NCBI GenBank assembly: GCA_910592345.1 | Contig: CAJVPI010000016.1 | Location: 1-64,000, forward strand | DNA from: Paraglomus brasilianum | Lineage: Eukaryota | Direction: 5' to 3' | DNA: 64,000 bases | In this document: piece after piece, positions 1 to 12,350 of the stretch | How positions within the stretch are numbered: position 1 is the stretch's first letter | Layout of the letters: every line of letters starts with the position of its first letter | Translations under genes and position numbers: made by a program | Notes under the pieces: model-generated | Seen by the model: the letters and a program-made list of their open reading frames with translations, nothing else | What the model was told of the DNA's origin: nothing | Database searches by the model: none

Positions 1-764
1 ACCACATTGTAATGATTGTGGTTGAGCTATGAGAAATAGAATAGATTGCTTCTGTGATTTAAGGAAAGATGAGCCACTACCACCAGTTAAAACTCCAACC
101 ATAACAGAAATAATGGCTCAAAGTTATGTGGGTAGGTTAGAACAACAAAACAAGGATTTAAAACAACAACTAGCCAGTGCTAAGGAAGAAATCAGTTCTC
201 ACTTGAAAGCCTTAGACATTTCAAAGGATTGACATGATAAACCAAAGCAAGAATTATTCAAAGACTTGAAAGTGAGGTTGAGTTTTTAAGAAAACAGCAG
301 ACTCAACATGTTGCTCAAATTGAAGTTAAAGAAAATAAGAGATAATCTTGACTAAATATAAAGATAAAGAAGTAATTTAAATTTCATAAATAATTTTTTC
401 TTTATCTAGATATTTCTGGAGAGTTTGAGTATCATTCATTTTAAAAACATATGGAACAATTTTTAATGTAAATTAATTTCATATTAATATTTTTTTATAT
501 AGGAATAATCCTATATTACTCCTGTTATGGTTTATATTCACCACATTCTGGTATGATAAAGTGAACGTTAAAATTAACCAGTCCATAATAATAAGTTATG
601 AATGAGCACCATTATTGCTTTTCAAAACATCATCAGTCACCCGGTCAATTTACAGCCACATCATAATCAGCCTCTCATTTATGTCACAAAACAGAATGTT
701 CACTTTGTTGCAGCATGCCCCATATTAAGATTCTGCTGATCAAGATTTGGTTTGATTAATAGTA

Positions 765-932
765 ATAGGGGATAGTATGTAATAGGGGATATAAACGAGG
801 CACGATTATTATAGGGGATGGGAAATCGGGAGGGATAGGGCGGGATACAAATGAGGTAGATTTACAATAAGGGAAATCCGTCCAGCTGAAAAACTGGGAT
901 ATAGCCGGGGGGATACAAATGAGGTACGACTG
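765..932. mobile_element. Right end/TIR region of a Tc1/mariner (pogo-like) DNA transposon relic
   Basis: Repeated GGGGATA/GGGATACAAATGAGGT motifs end in ...GTACGACTG followed by TA (933-934); the reverse complement reads CAGTCGTACCTC..., a CAGT start with a TA target. The left end is not visible in the window. Confidence 0.55.
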
Positions 933-2536
933 TATTGGTATTAGTATGTCAATTTCAAAGATGACGATACTGAATAGAGAAATTATTATATTATTACACT
1001 AGTTTACCAATATCGATTTTATTTGTCTTCTTGTTATTTGATTACTGTTGTTTCTTATAGATTGTCGCGTTTTTAAGAATAGCCGGTCCGATCAACTCGT
1101 ACATGTTAACTAGGATATTACTTTTAAACGAACCACTTTGGTCCGCAATATTGAATATACGTATTGTCTTGTGCTGTTTCGCGTAAACGATTTCAACAAT
1201 AGAAAAATGAACAATTTGCATAGTTGTTGGATGTAACCGTATCGTTCGATATCTTTTGACCGCAGAGTTAGTCTTCCATTAACCACTTAAGGATGTAGAC
1301 ATGGGCAAAGCATCGGTCTTGGTCTTCGGATCAATTCTCTGAACTGATGGTTAAACCAAGGTATATTATTTTTAATTAACATGCTCTTCGGGATTAGAGT
1401 TTAAATTATCCTGCGGGCTGTGCTTGTCGATTTTGACTGGGTTGGAAAAGGGGGACAAGGACACCATTAGCCTATGCAAAGAAGGTGAGCAAATGGAGTT
1501 ATTGAAAATTACTGTTTAAATGTAATTCTCGGTAAAAAGTTTACCTTTCGATTAAAAGGGAAGGAATTGGGAGATTGAATAAGCGGGGTTCAAACTAACC
1601 CCTCATAAAGTCCTTGCCGAACGCCAGGATGGAAAATCTCCGTTTAAAGAATTCTAATGGTGCATAAAACGTAGGTTAAAGGATGAAAACTCTTGTTGAG
1701 GGAAAGTAAATTTACCTTTCTCGGAATGATGTTGATGATGTTATGATGCTTTTGGTAATCGACAATATTAACATTTCAAATAATCCAAGCAAGTCTTATA
1801 AGCACAGCTCTTAATTATTTTTCAGGTTGACATCGTAAAGTATTTTACAAATTTGAATTGCATAAAAAGGGCCAAACCTACTTCCCAAGATTGATCTTCA
1901 AACCTTAAATTTATCGAGACTTTGAAAGTAATTCGAGGAAGCGTAAACAAGAAGTATTGGAAAACACTCGTACCCTAAGCTTGAGTCAACTATTTGAACG
2001 GAATAAAAAAGAACCGAGTTTAATCTAAGATGCTCTTCAAAGATGTCTTTGAATTAATTGTTCGCTCTTCAAGAGCTTTGCTTGCTATATACCATTGGAC
2101 ACTACATCATACGATGCTTATTTTCTGTCACCGTTACTCTTGGTACTTGTGTTGCGCTGACTATGCGTGTTTTGCCGGCTAAATAAAAGTCTGCAGAATT
2201 TAAATAAAAGCGACAGTTAATGTAACGACTGTTTTAAACCATAATATTCAATTTCCTGTTGAAATTCATCCAGCACGTAAAGAGCTTCTTACTGTCATGT
2301 AATACATATGACTTGAATTTATTTTGATAAATCTCAATATGTCTGAACATGTTGCAGAGATGAGACTGGTGCTTAATGTCCTGACCATAACGTTATGTTG
2401 TAAATCGCTCCCTCCAAAAATCACAAAAAGTTATACATTTTATAAGCTTTATGTAAGATATAGCTTTCTGTCAACGATAAGAGATGGAGTTCCGATTTTT
2501 CTTCCTATTGAGATTATGGATTTGTAATATGGCAAG

Positions 2537-2585
2537 TTGGGGGTTGGGGGTTGGGGGTTGGAGTTGGGGGTTGGGGTTGGGGTTG
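2537..2585 (+). repeat. (TTGGGGG/TTGGGG)n G-rich simple repeat
   Basis: About 7 tandem imperfect units read directly. Confidence 0.9.
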
Positions 2586-4462
2586 TGAGTTATTGAATAT
2601 TGAAATTGAGTTGTATAAAGTTTATTGTAAACATATATATTATGCTCGCAGTTAGTACGTTATTTTGTTTGCCATTCTTATTAGTTACGCCATGCACGAC
2701 ATAGTCACAACAAAGCGATCTAGGAAGGATTGTGTACGCCGAATAATTTTTTCTTCACCAACTCATTTTATTATCTCGCAGTAGACTTACAATTGACAGT
2801 AATTAAGTGAAACTATTGTCCTTGGGTTTATATGCGACCGATTTCGGAACACGGGATTTGAATATCAAAAATGGTAATTGTCACACCTATCAATCAATGA
2901 ATTGTTATTCAACAGTACTATCATTAATATTACGTGGCGATTTGTAATTGAGATCAGGTGAATGTAATAAAATAAAATAGAATAATACTTTTCTGTAGCA
3001 TTGGACCGAATATTAACACTTTCGGTGACTTTGTGACGACATGTTATACTGGTTTTGTGTTGCGTTCATCTCGGTGCGAATATGGTTTAGCGTGGTTGAT
3101 GGGATCTGCTTAATACCTCATTACTATTACAGAGAAAGTACCAAAGTAGTTTAAACCACATCGATCGAGCAGTAATCGTCTTTTTTTATTCCTGCCATTG
3201 CGTGTGTCCTCTCTCGAAGTAGTAATTTGTTAAAAGGATATTCTACGGTTGTTGGTGATATTGTCCAGTCGACCACCTAAACGAAAGACAATCGAATCTA
3301 TTTATGTCCTATATGACAGGGAGTAATAATCACTCGCCTCATTGGATTTACTAATAATAGTTAGAAAGTTGAATTTCAATTGTTAATTCATCCAGTGTAA
3401 CTATGAACAAGGACTATTTACATACCCGAACGGCTATATATTAATATCGATCATTTACTAAGTTAACATGTTCATCGAGAATTAGTAGTGAAAAAACGGG
3501 TTAACTATTTATTCATTTAAATTATGTAGAAAGATCGTGATACAGCATCGTCAACCAATCACACACCAATAAATAGCAAGCTATGGTTCGATTAATTTTA
3601 GGACATAATTGCCCACGTTACCTACGTTAAATGTCTCGGAGTAACATCATGCATAAGTACATACTGCCCCCATTCATCACCAAATATATTCGTATTCATT
3701 AAATTACGTCAGATACTTTAAATATAATAACGCAATGAGAACATCTCCGAATATCCCGTCCGTAAATCCAGTACGGTCAGATATGTGCACGTGGACACGG
3801 GAACTATGGTTAATCGTTCACGTGTGCAGTTTTTAGGATACACATCTATTCAGAGTCATTATATTTTATTCATTCGCTTACTTGCTCAGTCTCACTGATC
3901 GACTCTTTCCACTTCTCCTCCATTCACCACCCTGGTACCCGTACAAATTACTGTATACCTTGTTTGCTCGCTCTGTTCATTCATTCTCCACATTTCTCAT
4001 TCAAATGCAATCCATTCATATGCCATATTAGATCAAGTAACACCATAGTCAATGAAATTTGGACAACGAAGACTATATTTATATTAAGATTTAACTTTAA
4101 TTAGTTAATATATATTCATTTGGTCTAATTAACCCATTGTCCAATATATTCTCTCCCCTTGTTTGCCTCATTAGTTTGAATTTTGGGCATTCGTCCCTGT
4201 TCCTCATCATCGCCTTTTTTCGGACATGAGCTCAATACAGAGCAAAACTTAACGATAAACAAGGGGGGGTTGGATTGACAACAGACAATAGAATGCATAA
4301 ATATAAATCGGTATGGAATTACGGATGAAACTTGCAAATTTAATATAAAGATGGGTGTTAAGCTCAATAATCCTTCCCCCTTATGTGATTCATATAACCG
4401 GATCACTCACAACAGATATCCAATTCAATATTAAACTGTCTCTATGTCCCCTCTTTTATTTT

Positions 4463-4465
<3 letters not shown>

Positions 4466-4516
<51 letters not shown>
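4466..4516. repeat. (CT)n microsatellite
   Basis: Uninterrupted CT run. Confidence 0.97.
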
Positions 4517-4520
<4 letters not shown>

Positions 4521-5928
4521 GTGATTGATGCGATGGGGTAAACTCCTTCTTGCTTGGGTTAATAGAACAAAGAATATCATCTATGCAAAATTACGTTATA
4601 TAAAAGTTGTAATACCTGGGACAAAGTACTCGATCGAGCAATTGTATAAAGAGAGCTTACTCTTGTTATACGAAAATATGCATTTGATCTAATTAATATA
4701 CGACCAAAACACATATCTTGTAGTTGTTTGCTGTATAAATTCTCTTTCTTATTTAGCGAGTTATAATTTGTTTGTTGTTTTTTATGTGAGTTGTTTATTA
4801 ATGATGCCATGTGGTGGGGGGTGGGATGATGTATGAAATATATAAACAATGGCGAAGGAGAGTGGCATCGTAAATAAGCATTTTATTATACTCACCATTT
4901 ATCTTCATTAGCAGAGTTGTAGCTTTTCTTTCTGAATTTGGACACACTTTTATTGCTCGCTTGCACTTCATTTGTTGTCTGGGCACGTTGCAATGTCTTG
5001 ATTGAGGATAGCTTTGTGCCTTGTGTTTTACAGATATAAATCCAATACTTGACTTGTAACACTGATATGCTTGATTTGCGGATGAACCGACCAACTAACT
5101 GACAACGCGCGCATCCTGTATTACTGGAATATTTGAATACTCTGTCACATTACGGTCTAAAAAGCACTGGGAATCGACTACTTCCGACAATTGATGGACA
5201 GCCGATTGGATGCTCAATGAGGATGACACTCAATAATTGAGATATATCCGAACTGTACATGACAGCAGATGAGCAAATATAATTGAGACTGACAATTATT
5301 GGTCTTTGGTTAATGAACTAATAACAATGCGTCTTTTACAATAACCGAACAGTTTTCCAGAGTTGTGGTATTATGGTTTGTGTGTGCTAAATATTTGTGA
5401 TATTGTGGGAAAACAGTCTGCACGAACGGCAAAATGGGAATAATGGCAAGCGAGCATAACAGAAAACGGTGTGCCATATATGATGAGCCGCTCATCCGAT
5501 AAACATCATGCAATTTCCATCATCGCAATCCACTTTTCTCTCCCAATTATACCACACATCTTCACACTATTATTAACAATTATTCCCATGTGGGAGCAGC
5601 GACGTATTATACTTTGTACCCACGCATCATGCATGCATAGCATCTGTGCTTGTGGGGGATCAAACGATATAGTTGTCGTAGCGAGATATAAATAATAAAG
5701 TTAATGAGAAACGTAATCTATTGAATAGCCGTTGCGTTGATGGTAATAATAATAAAAAATAGAGTTCAATTTATAGTAGGTCTGTACTAAAAAGAAATTT
5801 AGTTTTTACTGCTACAGTGGCGTTAGTTATAGCAAGTTCTACTTGGTACAACTAAATTTGGTTAGAAATTGATTTACAGGGGCCCAGAGTTAACCTTCAA
5901 CATATAAATAATAGTTATTATATTGGGT

Positions 5929-5963
5929 AATGATGATGATGATGGTGATAATGATGATGATAA

Positions 5964-6012
<49 letters not shown>

Positions 6013-6014
6013 GC

Positions 6015-6052
<38 letters not shown>
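5929..6052. repeat. Compound microsatellite (GAT)n-(AAAT)n-(ATT)n
   Basis: Read directly. Confidence 0.95.
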
Positions 6053-6056
<4 letters not shown>

Positions 6057-6969
6057 AATCCTTATTATCTACTCGTTATATTGTCTGCTTAGTTTTATTG
6101 TCTGTTCGCTATTGGAAATGCATGTCCATCTAAAAATTGCCTTATCTATTTCCAATTTTCTATTGCTTCTTTCCCGTTTTTTTCCAGAAATATACGTAAA
6201 TACTTGTACTAAGTGCATACCATTCCATACAACTCCTTGCCTTAATATTTAATGGTTCGTTATTCTGTTTCTTATTCGGTGTTTCAATCACGCACGTCAG
6301 ATCCTAGTTTACATTCCGAATCAATATTCGATATATGTGATATACTGCATATTCAGATGTGCAACTAAATATATTATTAATTACTGTATATTCTCTCACA
6401 CATCACTTAAATTGAGAGGACTTCGTATATTAATATATTAATTCCAATCTCAAGTTTCCATATAACAAAAATAGACATATTAGTTTCATTTCGTATAGCA
6501 AATAACGCAAATATTGTATACGTACATATTATATATATAAGATAATATAATATAGTATAACTTGTCTATTATTATATTTGACCTTATTATTGTTACTGCA
6601 TTTATTACTTATTACGTACGCAATTATAAATACTCTATATTAAATAAAAAATATAAATACATGTCAACCCTGCTATATCCGACTTATCATTACTGTAAAT
6701 ACTTCAAACATCAGCCGCAGGTAAACCAGAGAGTCTAAGGCAAATACGGAAAATATTCTGAATATATAGCAATTATATATATACAACAAAAAGAAAACTA
6801 CGTAGGAAATACCCAAGGACAAGAAGAAGAATACTCTGGGAAAGAAATACATAACTAGTATACACGACACTCTGTCATATAGTAATTAATACACCGGAAA
6901 TAAACACCCGCCATATTATACTATACCAACCGTCTCCCAATAAACTATTGGAACACCCCCGCTCTCAAG

Positions 6970-9344
6970 ATGATGGGCGCATCCGCAAATATTCCAGACT
7001 TTGTAAAGAAACTGTACAGGTACATAACATCTCTACTAGACGCGTCAGAGTCGATTGGGGTAAAGCAGTTTATATAACAAAAATGAACAGCTCTACGACG
7101 ACTGTCTGAGATAAAAGTAACAGATAAATTAGAAATTAATAATAAATAAATCAAAAAAAAAAAAAAAAGCAAACGAGATCGCAATCGCTGTATCTAGCAC
7201 GCTTTCACCATACTCCTATATATCATATACGCATAAACACATGCACTCATATGCAATGTACGCATACATTTAATGTACAAATATCTGATTACTCACATAT
7301 TCAATGTCCATTAAAAAAATCCCCAATGTACTCTTCTTTCTTTTCCTATACCCCCCCCATTCCCATTCCCATTCCCATTCCCACACGAACCCCCATTCCC
7401 CAATCCCCAGAATGCTCGAAGACAAATCTCACTCCCATGTTGTATCCTGGGGCATATCGGGCGAGACTTTTGTTGTACACGATCCAACAGAATTCGCGCG
7501 AACCATCCTCCCGAGGCATTTTAAACATAGCAATTTTGCCTCATTTGTGCGGCAATTGAACAAATATGATTTCCACAAGATCAAGAGCAACGAGGAGGGA
7601 CGGGCTTATGGAGAGCAGGTGAGTCTTGCGTTTAATGTCGGAATTGGTAAATGTAGATGATCGTTAAAGAACTGTGGATAACGTATCGTGGATTTTGATA
7701 CGAGAGCAAGTGAGAATAGGATCCTCCCGTGAATGCGGGAGAAGAAAAGGTTGATTGACTGAATGGATTAGATAATTACATATTATAGCTTTGTAAATAT
7801 CAAATCCGGTATATTCACTTTCCTATACCTGATTTGGTTACTTTTCATTCTCACTCGTAAATAATTCTTCTCTTTTTGTGCACGTTGATGAGACTCGTAT
7901 TAAGAACATATTGTATAGATGTCTACAAAGGGGTTTTTCCCTCCCTTCCTCCCCATACTCCCCAACCATTCTCGGAAAACCATCTTTCGTTTTCTTTATT
8001 CATTTCAAAATATTTCACCCTTTCCACAGATCCTGCTTATCACTTCTTCTTTCTGCTCTCATTTTCAAGATCACACCGATCAAACATATAACTAAATACT
8101 TGTAAAGGCTGGGCGTGTGTGGAGCAAGAGTCGGGCCTCGGTACAAGTCAGATCGTACCTGAGTAGAGTAGGATGACGAAAGGAAGAGAGCGCAAACTAA
8201 TCGTTGTTCGTTTAGAAAGTAGAGGTTATTCATTACAGAATACATGCACCGTTCGTTACTAACAAAATCTCTTGGCTATCGATAGGCCTGGGAATTCCAA
8301 CATCCAAAGTTTCAGTTCAACAGAAGAGACTTGCTCGAAGAGATAAAGGTAAACCATAAACCCTAACTGATAACACCAAAAGTGTTTATTTAAAAAACTT
8401 AATATTGGGTGAGCATGACTAACCAACATCAAACATACAAATAAAGCGTAAGACACCAGCAAACCCACGACAATCCTCCGCTTCACCCTCTTCCTCTTCT
8501 TCTCACCCTCATCGTTCTTCATCATCTCGAGATGTACAAAACCAACTTCGATCGATAGTCACAATGCAAAACGAGACGATAGATTACATTGAGAATTTGA
8601 AGAACAACTACTTCGCCGTTGTAAATGAAATGGAGAGGTTAAAGAGAATTTTAGCAGCACAGGATGAGGTTGTTATTGGATTACTGCACTATTTGAGATC
8701 TGGTGAGTAATAATAGTTTAATAGTTGTAATAATAAATAATAACAATAAGAATAGTAGAAAAAGAAGAGAGAGGTTTGGGACGGTTTTGATTATTAGTCA
8801 AATATGATAAGTTAAATCGAGTGTGGGAAGTGACGGGGAACGAAATTATAGAAAGTCATAACATTTTGTTTTGTACGTGGGAACTATCGTATGTTTGTTT
8901 CCAAACGCGGATTCCCCGGCCATGCAGGCAATAATTGGAAAATCACGGAACCTACGTACAACACATTCCCAGAACGGAGCGTCCATGCCGCCCATTGATC
9001 GTATTTATGGTTAATCAGTTTTTATTGTGAGAAATAATACTAACATAGTGATTGCAGTATTAATGTGTCCGTGTCTTTCTCTTCTTTCCTTAAACTCTAT
9101 TCCAGACCGTTTTTCCTCTGCCAACACATTATCTCTCTCATCCTCTCCTTCCAACTTGTACGCACCCCAACAAAGCCATACCGATCCACAGCCAGTTCAC
9201 CTGCGGGATGTAGACGTTCAGGCCCAATACATTCCATACTTTAACTTTGATCCATCTGGAATGTCTCATACGACCTCGGAAATTGGGAATGCACCATACA
9301 TGATACCGCAAAAGTTGGTTATGTCGGCTAGGGAGGGGACTTAG
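6970..9344 (+). CDS. HSF-type DNA-binding transcription factor, Skn7/Prr1-like DBD + coiled coil, no receiver domain (~271 aa)
   Basis: Exons 6970-7019, 7411-7618, 8286-8348, 8447-8702 and 9106-9344 join in frame with GT-AG introns. Motifs: [65 protein letters not shown], then a heptad-like segment. Confidence 0.88.
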
Positions 9345-11340
9345 GTGGAGGCGGTTGGGGCGGGAGAGAGAGGGTTCGGGTTTGGGATAAAAAATGTAAT
9401 TGGGGGGGGGGGGTTGGGTTTGCAATGGGAGTTGATCAGTTAAGAGCGTGTATTTAGCATTGGCAAAAAAGCAAAAATTGTATTAACTTTTTTATGAGTG
9501 TTCGTGAAGATCGAACTCCATACCAACAAAAGTAGGACATCTTTTGGATTTAGATATTTGTACATTATAACGTCAGATGTAAAGACACTTTTTAATGAGT
9601 ATTATCATTTTCTATTCTATAGATATACAAAAAACTTTTTCCTATCTATCTACCATCATGTATCTCACCTTTCTCATCCACGATTTTCCAAAGCACGTCC
9701 CTCTGCGTAGCATCCAAATGGCCCATGCGAATCTGCGCTATTTGCCATTACATGTAATAGTGCAGATAGCATAAAGCATGGGACTCGTACAAATAGAGCG
9801 AGTAATAGCAAATAATAGCAATAATAGTAATATAATGACAATGACAATATGACAATCACAATCACAATTACAATAACGACAATAGCGACAATAATGCGAG
9901 CAATACGCCGAATAGGATATGAATCTCTTGATTGCTCCACACGTTTTCACCCCGCGACATTCTCCACGTGTGATCATTCACAAACCCTCATATAATTCGT
10001 CCTTTATTCCACACGATCTCGCCCACATGTGCTTGGATGCATGTGTGACACGGCAATGCATGTAATGGGGGAGAATGCGGTAAGTTATCCTTTGCACAGT
10101 TTATAATAGTCGACATAGTCTACAAACTAACGGTCTTGAGATACCGAGAACATGCGCGCGTGCGGCCTGTGAAGTTGTGTATAAAGCTAACAAGAGCCGA
10201 ATACGTTGATTCTTCTTTTATTCATACAGTGTCTTATCCTCTTCTCTTGACTGGCAACAACGACAATGAAATCATTTGGCAAATAATAACAGATTCGAGC
10301 CACAGAGTCGTGCAGCCCCAAACCATCGTCCTTGTTCCTAACGCTCAATCTCAATCATGTAACATCACTGAATTCCTAGTGTGTGTGAGCGTGTAGATGC
10401 GATTGAACACAAGCTATGGGAATTTCTATTGTATTATGTATTGAAAAAGAATAACTCTGTTGCAAATTTACATATATTAACTACGATATTTAGACTTGTA
10501 AACCTAAAAACCAAAAACTCAGTAAATCACTAAATCCTAGCCATTCCATCCGACTATTCCGGCGATTGCTCCCGATTTATTAGAATTTGTTAGACCAAAT
10601 TCAAAACAAAAAAGTTAAGAAAAACTAAAAGGTTAAAGAATAAGAAGGGGAGGAAAGAGAAAAGACGATGAGTAGCGTCTTGGAGTTACTAAGTACGTGT
10701 AAACAAAAAAAAAGTGGGGATGAAAAGGACTGGGGAAGAAATACAGAAAAAGAGCTTGACGAGGGACGATGAATTGAAGCATCGGTTCTAACAAATTTGA
10801 GAATTAGACCTGAAATAATAACAGGGAGGGAAATGATGGAAAAAAAAAAGATATTAATGGAGAGACAAAATATACAAAAGTGATAGCAACCTAAACATAT
10901 TAACAATAACACAAATGTCGAAAAGAAATTGTCCAGTAGCTGTAAAAATCTATCCCCGAGATAACTCACTAAACCCTAAACTCTCATTATCCCCTTAATA
11001 TAACTCTAATAACAGTAATAGTAAATAATAATAATGGTAACAATCATCATAACACTTCTGCTCTCTCTCTTATTGTACAAGTCTTTTTCTGATGAATCGC
11101 GCATCCATACATCTGAATATTTCCATTCTTACCTGATTCGTATTTTTCTTCACCCCAATCCTAATACTATTTCACATCAAAGTAATTCCATAACAATAGG
11201 TCGTCCACTCACACCACTCGATCAACCTCACCATCTCACTCTCCCCCTTAAATCAACCCCATGTCTCTCAACCATCTCTTTTCGTTACTATCTTGTCGAT
11301 TTTACCCCCCCCCCCCCCCCAAAAAAAAAAATCCTCTCCT

Positions 11341-12350
11341 TTATTGTGTTCTCAAAATCAAATGCACCCCGCTGTCACTCCAAACAGGCTCCGAGAGCTG
11401 ATCAACTTCTAACTTAAACGCCGCTTCCTCAAAACTAGGTTGCATCTGTCCACGGCCGAAAAAGCCGAGATCGCCACCGCGCTTGGAGCTAGAGCAGTCT
11501 GATTCAGTGTTGGCCAATTCAGCAAGAGTGGTTTCGCCTTTCTCAATGCGCTCGCGGTAGGCGAGAATTAGAGCTAAGGCTTGATCTTTTGTACGGGTTA
11601 TCCTTGACTTTTGGTGAAAAAAAAAAAAAAAGAAAATGTGAGAAAGAGAGAAGACGAAGAATGAAAGAAAGACTTTAAGAACTGTGTGATGTGAGAAGAA
11701 ATGTGAAAGTTGCAATATCCCCTTTTACTAATTCACTGGTTATTATTACTTTGACTTTATGATATACAACGTCGCTACGTTTGCTTATTTTTGATTGTCT
11801 ACAGCTCTGTCTTCTGTCCCAATTCATTCCTATCAAATCAAATCAAAACCATACCGCTATTCCACTCCGACAAACATACCTCCTTCCAGGAACTCGGTCG
11901 TCTGCTTTCAATATGTTTGACCAACAAATGACTTGCACGTATTTGCCCAGCCCCACCTTCTTCGGGATTGACGTTTTTCTGCTCTCCATACCCTTTGATC
12001 GTAGTCGGGTCGATGCCTTGGGGGATTTCCCAGGTTGATTCTTTAGTCACACGGTTGTAATAGTAGGCTATCTTGCGCGAGCGAGACATTCGAACTTCCC
12101 AATTTGCAGCAGTATTATCGTGTTGTTGGCGAGGCTCTTGACCTGTGGTAGTTGAACCAGTCAGCGAGGAAGAAACGGACTTGGTTTGTGACTGGTTGGC
12201 GGTTGTGTTGGATTCGGAAGAGTGTTGATTCTCCGACTCTTTTTCTGTATTTTCTGTGTTCTCTTTGGTCTGACTTGGGTCAGAAATAGCCGGGCCGGCG
12301 ACAGTACCTGACTCGGAAGTGTCGGTATTTGCTTCTGCTTCTGTGGCCAT
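11341..12350 (-). CDS. PIN1: Parvulin peptidyl-prolyl isomerase Pin1/Ess1 (WW + PPIase, ~245 aa)
   Basis: Exons 12350-11880 and 11607-11341. WW motif WEVRMSRSRKIAYYYNRVTKESTWEIP; parvulin motifs ASHLLVKH..SRRPSSW and SDCSS.KRGGDLGFFGRGQMQPSFEEAAF. Confidence 0.96.

Noticed and set aside
29..232. 67-aa coiled-coil-like ORF
   Set aside because: Short, followed by stop-ridden coding-like sequence near a transposon end. Probably a decayed fragment; no family recognised.
6661..6720. ATG-initiated segment followed by GTAAAC as a possible upstream HSF exon
   Set aside because: The next plausible acceptor (about 6882) leads into in-frame stops before ATG 6970.
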